A stretch of DNA of 64,000 nucleotides from assembly GCA_051362555.1 (NCBI GenBank), contig CM120646.1, positions 2,852,001-2,916,000 on the forward strand, given 5' to 3'. This DNA is from Lingula anatina (taxonomy: Eukaryota > Animalia > Brachiopoda). This document shows, piece by piece, positions 1-12,951 of the stretch. A model generated the notes under the pieces. That model did not search any database. It was not told the origin of the DNA and saw only the letters and a program-made list of their open reading frames with translations. The position numbers and the translations under genes are program-made. Numbering within the stretch: the stretch's first letter is position 1; every line of letters starts with the position of its first letter.

Positions 1-1024
1 ATTTCATACGGAATCTGAATGCAAGCTTGATGAGAACTTACTGCAGGTCTATCGCTTAAAGCTAAATACAAAATGTTTCAATTATATAGTTTCTTCAAAA
101 CAGCACCTAAACTAAGAGTTATTTGCAGTCCAGTATACTGATATCTCTTCTTCAGGTAAAACCTTTTGCCCGAAAATTGTATTTGCAGTAGGTAAATGAT
201 AGCTTTAGGTGGCTAAACCACGCTAATGTGCTCATCTTGTACTTTTACTTTTATCTGTAAAAAGCGTTCAGAAATAGCTCGAGATATCCAGTTAAGTAAC
301 TGACCATAAATGTTAGTTCTCAGAACTTGATTATAAAGGTGTTAAATATTCTATCAAATGAGATGAATACGTTTACCTCGACATCTAGTTAAATTTGGAT
401 AGAAAGACTGGATAATGTTTAGGATGAATTTGTACCTCATCAAAGTGTTCATAATATAATTTCTAACACGTGGAGTCAAATGGTATTATTAAGAGAAATT
501 TCTTTTAAAGCAATAGTTGAATAGTTGTATATAAATGAAGGTTGGGACATACGTGAATAGCCATCGCGTTTCCAAGAAATGTTTTTCACATGTTTTTGAA
601 CATAGGAAAAACAACACTGTATATGAATATAGCGCTGGGAACGTGAAACATCAACACCTAGCACCTCCACACAAAGAAGAAACAGTGTAACTATGCACAG
701 CGCCACGCCTTTAAAAAATCCATATTAATTTTCTCACTATTAATCCAAGCTTAACTCCAGGAAACGCGACGCTGATCCATTTTAACCCCGTGAACCATGC
801 CTTCAACTCAACAAATCGCATTTACTTTCCTACGTCGATGACCTTTTAGAAACGCTCTCAGGTAGGGACGCAATTTACCGGGAGGAGCAGCAGGCGCTAT
901 ATTAAGTACCTTGATGAGTTTTCAGACTTGTATCGCCCTGCGTATCATCGTGATTAACGCGATTCTTCCACAGAGTTGCTAGCACTGTCGACGCCACTGA
1001 TGTTTCCTGGGTTTTCATACAAAA

Positions 1025-1026
<2 letters not shown>

Positions 1027-1056
<30 letters not shown>
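1027..1056. repeat. (GT)n microsatellite
   Basis: Pure gtgt run visible in sequence. Confidence 0.95.
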
Positions 1057-1057
<1 letters not shown>

Positions 1058-2419
1058 TGGGGGTTATATTATGAAAAAAAGACTCCTCTCAGTCGGTCGG
1101 TATGTCAGTACGTGCATGCTTTTTCGGGACGCTAAAGGAAAACGTAACCCCCTGCTTCTCCTGCATTCTCCCCTGGTCCTGTTTGCAATGAAATCGTACA
1201 GAAAAATGTCATTAAAAGCGTTTGCAACAAGCGAATAACACTTGAAAAAAAAAGATTAATCACGCTCCTCTTAGTTTACCCGAGGATTGGTCTTCCCAAA
1301 ATTAACAAACTCTTCACTGAAAAATATTTTGGTGAAGAAACCCGTCGAGTGACTTTGATATAGACACTCTCTGATATATTGAAAGTAGAGGCAAGGAACG
1401 CTACAGCCAGTGCTGTGCGGGGGTTTCAGTGAAGGGTATGTTATATATAAGGCATCTTAATGAGTCAGATTGAAAAACGAGAGCTATGTCTTTTAACCCA
1501 AGATAACCTGCAAGTTGTGCAATATGTGAGGGAAAATAGACTTCCTGATTTTAGAAGGGAGAATTCCTGGATAAATTGGCAGCTCATATGAGGAGCAGTT
1601 TTGCCCAGCGCATGTTTTTAAGGCACAGGTAAACGCCGTGACGACAGATTAAGCATTCACTAGCCTATATGAGGCATTTAGGCATTGCTCCAAAAGATCA
1701 GTCAGTGATTCTTACCATGATTCAAAACGTTACAAGTCTTGGAGATATAAAACGATGGGTCGTTTATTAACTTTGCTCGTGGCTGTCCATGGTACAGTAG
1801 AGTCTGCCATCATTCTTTTCTCAGTTTTTATTCAGTTCTCTCTCTCTCTCTCCTCTCTCTCTCTGCTTATGCTTTGTATTTAACTTCGAACAGCGTTTAT
1901 CTTACATGTTTGCTTAATTTCAGGTAATTAACTCTCTTCCTAATGTACATGTCGGGTGATTGTTCCACCTGCCTTGTGAACGACCTTTCAGTGGTGTCAC
2001 TCTACCTATGACGTAGATACGTGGCGTTATAAAAACGATAATAGTGTCTTCACAATCAAATTCTATTACTGTCGGCCTTTTTCAAGGACAGTGATGAGGG
2101 AAAAATCAACGCATAATGCAAACAATTAGCAAATTCCCGTTTTATGTCTTTGATGATGTTGATTTAGTCGCTCCCGAAATAGAATCTTCGTAATTCAATT
2201 TGAAACAGAAGAACGCGTGCCAATATCGAGCTCCATTTATATCGGGGAAACTTGTGTTACAGTTTTATAGTGGCTTCAAATAACTAGGAAAATACAAGTT
2301 ATTAATAGCACCGCTTCTCTAGGCTAAAGAATTGATCTGACACAGGAAACTATACTCTTTATGTTATGAGCAAATTCTATGACGTCATCAATCATGGAAT
2401 CTCCAGATACCGAAGCCAT

Positions 2420-2565
2420 TAAGGGTCGATACGGCAGGTGAAAAGAGACATTGGATCTCGAATCCAATCGCGTCTCTGTCACACAATATGTCTGTATAAT
2501 GTCTGGCCCTCTTCCGGTGACAATAAAAACTAGCTGTTTGCGTCCTCCTAGTATTGATCTCACGA
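2420..2565 (-). pseudogene. Degenerate fragment of a non-LTR (LINE) ORF2 AP-endonuclease N-terminus
   Basis: Minus ORF 2324..2563 reads (V)RSIL...PDIIQTYCVTETRLDS...FHLPY, resembling the LINE EN motifs N-x-RS-L ... PDII-x-x-TETWL ... LPGY. No downstream continuation. Confidence 0.4.
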
Positions 2566-2888
2566 CTAAGTTCCTCCCCCACCTGCCGCGCGATCGATGA
2601 GATCGAAGGGTTGTTGAAAATCAATAAACTTTGTTTTTACTGTTATGTCATTTTGATCCATGTGCTTTATATCTTATACCGTGTTCGATCATTTTTGTGT
2701 AACACATTTTTCATTGAACGGTATGCTTAATTTGGCTATATAGTCGGAACCGATACATTAAAAGAGGTCCTAACATGGCATTACGCTATACAAGAGGTTT
2801 TTACTCCCTCTCACAAGCTATCCACAAGTTATTTTATTTAACCTGGGCGTCTCGAGTGCAGTAGCTCCCTTTAGGTGGCTCTCTCAGA

Positions 2889-3052
2889 CTGTAACGAAAC
2901 TGAGAGACCGTGTAACAGAAAGTTCGCCCTTCATTTAGTTATAATGGTTAGGGTTAGCCTGACCTAAGTGGGTACAAATCGAGAGCGTGGCTCACCTCTA
3001 CAAATGAATGGGAAGCGGACTTTCTTTCGGGTTACTCTCTGTCACGTTACAC
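2889..3052. mobile_element. Small imperfect foldback/MITE-like element
   Basis: tgtaacg...gagag...agaaagttcgcccttcattt is imperfectly inverted by aaatgaatgggaagcggactttct...ctctctgtcacgttaca; the centre contains ggttagggttag. Confidence 0.4.
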
Positions 3053-3261
3053 AGGTACAGAGTGCACTATATTGCAATTAGCCTAAAGTATATCGCACGA
3101 AGTGCAAGAAGGCCTTTGATATCATATTCTGTATTCTAATAATATTTAATTAACATAAGTATTTCTGCGTTTCCTTCTGATTTCACTGCATGTTGATGGA
3201 TTATCCCCCCTTCTCTCTCTCTCTCTGATGACTGAGTTCGCCTTGAACTACGTCCAGAGCT

Positions 3262-3403
3262 ATTTTCTGACCGTCTTCCAAATTTTCTTTGTTGATCCAT
3301 CCTCTTTTTTGACCGTCTTCTGACAGAAAAAATTAGATACCCGTAAACTTGAAAATCTGACCGTCTTCCAGAAGACCCAGAAGACGGCCTCAATCCGCCC
3401 CTG
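3262..3403. mobile_element. One end of a hAT-like element with subterminal repeats
   Basis: Three copies of tgaccgtcttc plus an inverted gaagacgg, ending in aatccgcccctg (reverse complement CAGGGGCGGATT, a hAT-type TIR). Partner TIR not found. Confidence 0.4.
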
Positions 3404-6400
3404 GTCTGAGGACTGGTCGTGATTTCGAGTGGCACGCTCAGTTCTAGTACAACCATACTTTGGACCCGTGTCAAGATGGCGCCTCAAGGAAATTCTAGAT
3501 ACCAAAAATACACAGATGTTTCCAATATTCAACCCACTGTATGAAATCTATTTCCAAGATTTCTTTTTAAAGACTTCAGTTACGTTTTAGTTTAGCGATG
3601 AGGTGTCAGCGTTTTTCCCGAGGGTTTCCGTGATTAAATTACTTAAAAGATAATAGACATTATTCGGTGTTGTTTACATTTCTTGGAGTGGCAAATATTA
3701 CTGCAGGAAATTAGTATCGTTTTGGACGGAGAAAAATACGTCCGATTCCCAGAAACTGACATTTGTCTGATTGCAATTAAGACCATCCCTCCGAGTGGGA
3801 AAGTCGTGTCGTTTACGTTCAGTCCACCTGCAGCTTTCTTGTTGCTTATACGGCAGCGTGGAGCATATGTAAACACGTTGTAATGTCCACCTGAGGTGCC
3901 GCATGTTGCAGATCTAATCAGGAAATTCAATGAGTTGATTCCCATTTTACACTGCGATGGGCCCGTATCTATTCTTTTGATTTGACATAATGTTGTTTTT
4001 TTAAAATATATTTCTATTTCAATGAAGAACTTCGATTTTGTCATTTGATAGGATAGGAACCCCCTGCATGCATACTGCCTCTTTATTTCACATCATTCTC
4101 TCGTCGACTGAATCTATATTTGACATTTGGAAACGAAATACACACAGACCAAATAAAAAATCACTAACAACATTGGCCCTTATATGGTAATAAAAAAGTG
4201 ACTGACACATGGGCTATTTGACGCACTCAGTGACAATAGAATGTTATTCTCAAACTGTAGGAGGGGGAGGGTAGCTGGTGCGGGGGGGGGGGGGGTCCTA
4301 CAAACGATACAACGCACAGGAAAATAACGGTCAAAAGTACCCAAGACAAACTCATCTCCATGTTAATTCTTCTGGAAAGCCAGCACCCTCACTGCACCAG
4401 GACGTTGTTTTGGTGTTTGCTTAGATTTCTTGGCTGGAGTGAAAGAAGTTAATGAAGAGTCGAACGCAAAAAAATGTTTCTAAATGTTGACTCATTTCAA
4501 ACCACAAACTCCGGGAAATTGGCTCAAATTGCTTTCTTAAAAAACGCACTGATTTATGGTTAATGTAATTGTGGTTTATGCGTTGTTTTTCCTCTGACAG
4601 GGGTTTGTTTTAATGGAATCATCACGTTTCATTAAAAAGTATAAATAAGTGCTTCCCGAGTCTTGATTGTCAATATTGCTACATGTATTCATCCATTATG
4701 TCGTCCAATGACTGAGGTATAAAGAGTCTTCATGCACGTCACGTGCAGAGAACAGGGTGGAGCCGGGATGGGGGTTGGGTGAGGTGGGGGGTGGGGTTCA
4801 GACTCATGAAAGATACCCTCAATGCTGACATAAGGACGGTACCCCCCCCCCCCCACCTAAAAATTCAAAAGCGTCGGGGGGGGGGGGGATAGTCTATAAT
4901 GCACTTGATATCAAAATCGCGTTCACTATACATTTACCTTCTCAAATATTTAGAGGCACATGCCTGGCAGCACTCGTAGTGTATGAACTCTGGTTTTTGG
5001 CAATGTTATCCACCGGCAATTTTCAACAGACATAGGCACGTGGGTAATCACCTTTCAATCATATTACTTCCAGGTGCAGAAATCTGCCAGGTACACCTTG
5101 ACTGGATACAAATATCAAACACGGCGATGTTTAGATTTAGTGCCCTTTCCTTGGTTTTTATTTCTACCTGGAATTACTTGTTTTTTAATATGTTTGTGAA
5201 ATGAAGGTGGCCTTCTCCGAGTAAACATCAATAGGCTACATACTATGTCAGTCTCGATAAAGGTTGCATACTATGTGGCATTTTTCTCTTGTTTTAAGTT
5301 CATCTTCTTAACTGAGGTGTAAGTTTTTCTTATAAAAGTTTACTAGTGAACTAACATAAAAGATCATAAGGGGAAGATCTATACTACAGTATATCTATAC
5401 TTACAGGTGTAGCGTCCATTTCTCTTGTCATTTTCCTTGTGAAAAACCAGGCTTAAAAACATTTTTGTAAATTTCAGCTGATGCTAAGCATCAGCACATT
5501 AAGAGTAATTCAAAAGTGATCGCATTTATTAAGTCATCTGCAAAACAGAGGTAGTAGAAGTTAAATCATGTATGCTTGTCTAGACACAAACATCGCTTAA
5601 TAATTAAGAGGATTTTTTATTTCGTTTCTCTTGTACTACCTCTTAATGGAACCCCATATGAGGATACACAGGTATTGGTAGCTGTTGTAAACCTGTAAAC
5701 AGACAAATGATGTTTTATTGACTACACTTTGTGTCCATTTTTCTTGCTCAAAACGCCTTGCTGAAGCTTCTTTCTCTTCTTTGGAAGAATTGCCTGCTTA
5801 TCTTGGCGGTTGACATAGGAATGTCGCGGACATTGTGAGTTTATGTACTATATTAAATTCAGATCAAAACAAAACACGATAAATGTGACTTCATATTTCA
5901 GTGTTTTTATATCTTATATATTACGCTACATATAATTTGGATAGACAGTTATTAATTAACTATAGGTAACGTAACGCGTAGACTGAAAATGCATTCTTAT
6001 AATGGCTATTCATGGTAACGGCCTACTTTGCATGTAGTTCGGAAATTTGTATTATATTCAACACGTACACCAGCTCATTTCTCCAGCATAAAAATAACAA
6101 CCGAGATTCAAAGGGCAACTTCATAACATTACAAACCTTGTTCACACCCAGTCTAACTTAAACCAGGAAAAGCTACTTGACGTCATCGGTTGCTTGACAT
6201 GAGATGAAGAAGTGAATGCGCAGTGTGAGGGGCCTACAGTACATAAGTGTATTAATATGTTGTTAAGTGATGAAAATAGGTCTATTTCCACTGTAGGCTA
6301 AGTCAGTACTGGTGTAAACGTTCGTAAGATAAATATATGTAAGACCGCGGGCATGTTTAAGGTTAGCTATTTTGTGTATAGGTGTGCCTTATATGCGCAT

Positions 6401-7669
6401 TTAAACCCAGGTATATGTTAATGGATATTTATGTTTCAAGACGGCGTAGAGAACTCAATTAACGTTATCGTTAAAACAGGCCTTCGATATTGCTTTTAAC
6501 AGTTTTGACATGAGTCATTGGCTTTTGGTTTCGCCTAAGGGGGTTTAAAGAAGACGAAGAAGCTGAGTTTTTCATTTCTGTTTCATATCTACTTGGTCTT
6601 TTCACAAAGTTATCGAACCAGGAAAATATATTACTCGCTATAATGAAAAACAGATGTCGCTTGATTTGTATCAATATTTGTTATGTGTTTCGTGAAATTT
6701 AACATGTGGACTTAATAGGTTTGAGGGTTTTATGTCAGTGGATGTTTTGTGTCTATTTGCATAATAGAGAGAGAGAGAGAGATACGCAAAACGCGAGTCT
6801 CTGCAAAATGTTACTTTTTTGGTTTTGGGTAAGGAAACACAGATATAATTTGAAAGGCAATAATTAAAAATATAGGACGAATATGGATGAATATTTGAAA
6901 GAGGAAGAAATAATAAGAGTGATTAAGTGGAAAGAAAAAGAAAATGAATTCGAAATAAGAGATAATGAACAATAAAAATGTTGACAATAGCAAAGTGAGA
7001 AAGATATAGGGGAGCGGGTTGAAGAAAGTAAAAATAACTGTTTTCATCAAAGACTGCCGATGAGAAGTTTGAAAAGCAATCACGTAGTCACGAATTGGAA
7101 GACAGATTGACACAAAGATTATTAAAGAATTACTAAATGTCAAGAAAATTCCGAAGACGAGTTTTCACGTCTATACCTTGGCTGCTTATATTGGATCATA
7201 CTATACGGCACGTATACAACGCAAGGTAAATGCGGTGAGGTATATAGACCAAAGTATTGCGAGGTCGATATCAAACGGCAAAGGTAGAGGTGAGGGAACA
7301 CCTTTGCAGCAGCTCCTCTGGATTTCTTGAACCATGATGTAGGCTTCGCTGAGCTGGAAAAACTGTATAGACCCGGTACATAAACACAGATAGGTAGGAT
7401 TTTAGGATAGGCATATTTTAGACGAATCATTTCGAAGACAGTTCCGAGGAAAGGGGGCGAAATCATGCTGCAGGTATTAAAAGCTAAGACTGGAGTTTCT
7501 CAAAGGAAAGGAAAACACGGGGATTAGGTGCATGCAACGTCCCTGTGTGGTATATGTCCGAGTGGAATTGTTGGGAAGTGAACTGATTACAACGTGCTAC
7601 AGGTAATACCCACGTACTTGTAGAGATTGTCGATAACTTCTGGTTTTCTCTTTCTTTTTTGCTCTTTTC

Positions 7670-7671
7670 TG

Positions 7672-7703
<32 letters not shown>

Positions 7704-7852
7704 TGTCCGTTAACGGCCAAAGTCGCTATAGATTTGTAGATCTGTAAAGTAGAAGTTTTAAATTTTTGATGCTCTCTCTCTCTCTCTCTCTCCTGTTCCG
7801 TGAACGGCCAAAATCGCTATAGACTTATATAGATCGGTAAAGTAGTAGTTTT
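7670..7852. repeat. Tandem duplication of ~100 bp, each copy starting with (CT)n
   Basis: (ct)n-cctg..ccgt.aacggccaaa.tcgctataga...gtaaagtag.agtttta occurs twice. Confidence 0.7.
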
Positions 7853-8922
7853 ACGTTAGGCAGTATTGACAATAAAAGGCGCCGTGATTTTTTGCACCGC
7901 ATCGATTTCCTGTATAGATTTGAAAGTAATTAAGAAGGTGAAACAATCAGATATTGATTTGGCCTTATTTTGTTTACTGGTAGCAGCTTGTAGTTTTTCT
8001 CAAATAAATGCTACTGGATTATTGCTGTAGGTTGAGATTCTCATGAAGTGTTCACGGTCCCCTCACATATGTCAAAAGCGTTTCACCCGTGTTGTTTTTA
8101 ATATCATTGGCACTACCTATACTATGCTGACTTGTTTTAAACAACGCTGCCCTTCAATTAGGTATAAATATATCAGTTTTACGATTGTGTGAAGAGACAC
8201 CTCTAGAAGCATGACCAAGAATATTATTATACAGTATATTATGCACATCTAAAACTGGACTGGGCATTTGGGCATCAGCAGTGAATTTTGTACTCGCTTC
8301 CTTTGAAAATTAAGAAAAAGAATCTGACAAAAAGCAAAGCAGTTGCTCTCAACAGTTATAACTAAAAGCAGTATATTCAGGTGGTTAACTTTTGGCCTTA
8401 AATCGGCCAAGCGTGTTAATATCTGAGATTAGGGTGACCTTTTATTAGGAAGGGACCTTTCTCCCTACCTGACCTTCACCTTATAAACGGACCTCTGTAA
8501 CAGGTAGACTAAGACCACATACCCCGTTAAATAATATATAAATAATCAGACAACAAAGTGAAATCAAATTTCAAATAACTGGACTTGTTAAGCCCACATA
8601 TTTGTCACAATCGTGTTGATCTATACAATATTGACATAATTTTCCGCTTGCGGGAGTTTCAATTTCGGCCCCCATACAACCCGTATTCTGTGGCGTTCAG
8701 AGTAATAACAAAACGCCGGATTAATCCTTATCGATATTTTGTGATTGCTTGGGCGGATAGCGCACTGTCGTTGCAATTAATTTGTGGACGTGGAAATTAA
8801 AGTATATCAGGACCGAATGCACTTGATCTTACACCAAAAACGCCCTGGGCTTGGTCAGTCAGGTGCAGTTGGTCGAATTTGAAATGGAGCGTGCTCTTGT
8901 GTGCATACGTGAGGATGTGCAT

Positions 8923-8955
<33 letters not shown>

Positions 8956-8987
8956 AGAGAGAGAGAGGGAGGGAGAGAGAGAGAGAG

Positions 8988-9069
<82 letters not shown>

Positions 9070-9325
9070 AGAGAGAGAGAGGGAGAGAGAGGCAGAGAGA
9101 GAGAGAGAGAGAGAGCAGAGAGAGAGAGAGAGAGAGGCAGAGAGAGAGAGGCAGAGAGAGAGAGAGGGAGGGAGAGAGTGAGGGAGAGAGAGAGAGAGAG
9201 AGAGAGGCAGAGAGAGAGAGAGAGAGAGAGGCAGAGAGAGAGGCAGAGAGAGAGAGAGGGAGGGAGAGAGTGAGGGAGAGAGAGAGAGTGAGGGAGAGAG
9301 AGAGAGTGAGGGAGAGAGAGAGGGG
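8923..9325. repeat. ~400-bp compound (GA)n/GAGG/GGCA microsatellite
   Basis: Near-pure purine strand; source of the spurious ER/SL-rich ORFs in the track. Confidence 0.97.
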
Positions 9326-12300
9326 AGAAGGGGGAAAGAGGGAGGATGTTTCCTGCAAGCCAACCTTTTTTGCAGTTCTTTCCCTTGAGTTGGTACATGT
9401 AACAATTTTTTTTTTAATTTTTCATTAACAGGGTTTCTATCAAGCAAATCTGCGTCTTCCAAATCTGCTATCCTCCTCAGGTTAAAGTATTCGCCATAGA
9501 AATGTTCACAAAAAAGGAAGACAAACCAGAAAAATCGCACTCGTCTCCTAACCCCGCCCTTCACTCATCCATAAACGTATTACAATACAGGAAATCCATT
9601 ATTGCACATCGCACCTCCCCGCAGGGCTATATTGTAAAGAAATATTCCATAAACAGAAGACAAAGGAATCGACTGGCACCGTATTTCCTGCTCTGAAATA
9701 ATATTCCAATGATTTTTTTGTATGTTTTTTCCACAAGGGGTATTATTGCCCTAGGCAAACGTATTGATAAAAACCTGAAACTGGTATTGAATATTTTATC
9801 CACTCAACCATAACAATAGCACAAAGAAAAATAGCTGTCACTTATTCTAAGCGCATGAGGGGGATGTATTGCCGAGAGAAATGTGCGTGAAAAGGCAACA
9901 GGCCGCTATCGAACGTACTTCAGTCATTCATAATCTTATCCGTCGATAAAGCGTGACCTGTTAAAGAGAAAATTGCTTCTAGACGAACAGTTAAGGAAAG
10001 TAACATTAAAGACTCAAGGCTATTGACTCGTGTCTCGAGCCACGCTTCAATTAACGAAGGGTATCGAACTGTCCATAGGGAAATTTTTCTTGAAAAAACT
10101 AAAAGAATGATAAATCTATATCGGATGTAGTATTTAGTATACTTAATCTTGACCCCTAGAGCAAAGAGGTAAGGTAAATACACTATAAAGCAACTTCCGT
10201 GGGAATACTTATTGATCTGATCGGGTAAAAAAATATTCTGGCGTGCCACTGCTATAGAACACCTGCCCAGAAAAAATAAACTTTTTAACAAATGATATTT
10301 TTGTGTTGACAAAATTTTGAAAATCGCCGTTTTAGGAAAAGCGTGTTCTGTGTTAATTACCTTTTTACGAGGCAAATTTTCCAATATTATACCACAATAA
10401 TATGAACTGTAACAGAATGATAACAACCAATCCCCTAATTACTTGTAGTTTTAATATTTAATCTCAAAAATCACTTTTGCCTGAAGTGTGTATTAAGAAG
10501 CTGGTTGAGAGTTAAAACAGCTATTAAAATTTTTTTTAAAAAAAATGTTCGATCCGATAACAAATATACAGTACTCCACTGTTGATATCCGGTATAAGGG
10601 TTGTGAAACGATAGGGTATAACCATAAACAAATCCATTTATTCGACCAGAAAGGCGACAGGGGGGCATTCTTCCGTTCACTTTCCTTTTCGAAGTCACTG
10701 TGATGTGTCAAGGTGATTCTCTGCAGATTTTTTCCAATAGTTCCACTGTGCCTCCGTCTTTCGGTCCACTTTATGATCGGAAAAAATCAATGTTTCGCTG
10801 CACCTACTTCTTTCTCATTAACAAAAACAAGGTTACATTTAAAAGATCCAAGACATTGTGTGAAAAGATCGATTCAGATCATGGCGTTTAAAGGCTGTAC
10901 GTTATAAATAAAGGGGAAAATGTATGAACCGATTTGATATACTTCATAGCCACCAATCGGCTTATTAACAATTGTTGTCTTTTTTAAATTCTGAACTCCC
11001 TTTAAGTGTCCAGTCAAGTGTTATACTATTGTCAATAACCAGACAAAACTTCTTCTTTTATTCATATTCTGCTGCATTTTTAACGAAAAGCCCCCATAGT
11101 GTTCGGTGCTTAGTCATTATTCCAAACTAGCTTAACGTGACTATTTATATTGTTGGTTTTCTGTTTATTTATTTACTTAATTTGTGTTAGCTCATCTTAA
11201 TCATTAATCTCATTTGTTTTTCACCGTTATTGTGATATTGACATAATTAAAAACGGATCAGCTCATTCTGGGAACAGCCGGTTTCCAGGTGCGTTAAATA
11301 CGGCCCTCTCACCTGCTTAAATTGCAAATTCTGTTTACCTTTCAATGAATTGCGTACGGATTTTATTTAGATGACCAGTGTGTGGACCGGCCAGAGATAG
11401 TGGCGTAATGTGTAACAGATTCGGCATATCGGACGCACTCGGCTGTCCGAAGCTCCGGACATGGTTTGGAGATATGTATGAAAATAGTGACCGCCCGCAG
11501 CGTTTCTATTTTGAAATTAAACCGCTTTCCAATCAGCTGTGTTAATAAGAACGGGTGAAATCGATCTGAAATACCTGTCATTTGAGTTTATTCAAGGATT
11601 TAATGTTTATTTAATTACTTTTTTTACATGCATTTTTGTTTTACACGGATAACAGATGGTTTAAGCGGATGTAAAATGTCTATCTGAGTCTTCTTCGTTC
11701 CCCCCTTTTTTGTCTAATAACTTGTGCCGAAAGTGTCTTCTAAGTATCCTTAAGTTATTTTTGCCCCCCCTCTCCCCTCCCCCGTCCCACTCCCCATTTA
11801 TACATGTGCTCACATCTACCATTGTCCAACTTCACTTGTTCTCATTTTCTTTCCAGTACCTTCCTTGTAGTCTATACAATATTACTTCTTTGTTCACAGT
11901 ATGTTTTTTATATCCATGACCAATTAAGAGATTTACGCGCGGGCTTATTGAAGACTGTTTCCGAAACAGTACACGAGCACACGCAATTTTTAAATTTCCA
12001 GGCATAGATCGTCGATATCTATGTATCTGGAGAAGCGAACATGAAAATGAATCCATCTCCATCGTTTATCTGTGCTATGCGTCAATAAGTTTCGTGCAAT
12101 TAAAACCAACATGGGTTTCTCATGTGCATCACATCATGCTCCAAGAAAAACAACAAAACCCTCCGCGAACTTTGCTATTCTATCCCAGTAAATAACCTGA
12201 GATGTGCGATAAATTTGTTGCCATGCATTCATCCATCAATGATATTTTCGTAGAAATAGCTAAATAAACGGTGTAGCTTTTGCACCCTCCAGTTAATTTT

Positions 12301-12342
12301 TCAGTTTTCCTGTATTCTACTCAACGAGGAGGAAGCGTATTA

Positions 12343-12572
12343 GACCCCATTTCCATAGATTTTTAGATCGATCTATCCCTGACTGTGGGGAGTCTCACTA
12401 GATTACTGTCAGCTTGGCCGGCTTAAGCGTCTGTCCCGCCTACTAAAAGCTGTAAGGGGGTAATTAACTATGGTGCCGGCTCGGCTGACTGCAATTTAGC
12501 GTGAACCCCCAGGGAGTTAGGTCGATCTAAATCTTAATCTTTAGATCGATCTAAATCTCTGGGAAAGCACCC
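12343..12572. mobile_element. PIF/Harbinger (Tourist)-like MITE
   Basis: Imperfect TIRs gaccccatttccatagatttttagatcgatcta / tagatcgatctaaatctctgggaaagcaccc, with TTA on both sides (12340-42, 12573-75). Confidence 0.55.
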
Positions 12573-12583
12573 TTAGTCTGATA

Positions 12584-12660
12584 AATTGATTGACTTCAGC
12601 GAGAGTCCCCGCCGAGTAAGATCGATCTGCGTAGAACGATAGTTTCATTGGAAATGAGCC
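12584..12660. mobile_element. Terminal fragment of the MITE family also found at 49109-49359
   Basis: Reverse complement ggctcatttccaatgaa...cagatcgatcttactcggcggggactctcgctga matches the left end of the 49109 element. Confidence 0.5.
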
Positions 12661-12922
12661 ATGAAAAGAACTCGAAAACAGGTTTATTAATCATAACTTT
12701 CTCTTACGCTAATAGTGTGACTCTGATAATTGCTTGTGCAATCGAAGTTTAAATGCAATGCATCATTCTCGTGGCCATGTCACCAGTGACAGGGAATCAA
12801 TCCCAGTGCGTCTGTAAATGGCAAGTGCGAATTTGAGTAAGAAGTTACCATGGCGTATCTCTGCTTGAGGTAATGCAATCAACTTTTGATTGAGACACGC
12901 TAAACTTAAGTAGCTGTCAAAC

Positions 12923-12951
12923 CAGGGAATTATATCGGATATAATTCCCTG
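12923..12951. mobile_element. 29-bp perfect-palindrome insertion with 7-bp TSD
   Basis: cagggaattatatc-g-gatataattccctg flanked by direct repeats gtcaaac (12916-22, 12952-58). Confidence 0.7.

Noticed and set aside
3643-4044. 133-aa minus ORF
   Set aside because: No recognisable domain or clear splice structure.
5000-5830. Exon-like minus-strand pieces with splice signals, possible decayed transposase
   Set aside because: Could not assemble an open frame or identify motifs.
6811-7620. Purine-rich stretch, possible decayed LINE 3' part (FSRLYLG...)
   Set aside because: Multiple stops and only a vague motif; not supportable without a search.
8797-9564. Several long ORFs rich in ER or SL dipeptides
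   Set aside because: Translations of the (GA)n microsatellite in all frames.
10885-11005. TTAA-AGG...CCT-TTAA ends suggesting a Kolobok-like MITE
   Set aside because: The inverted match extends only a few bases beyond TTAA.
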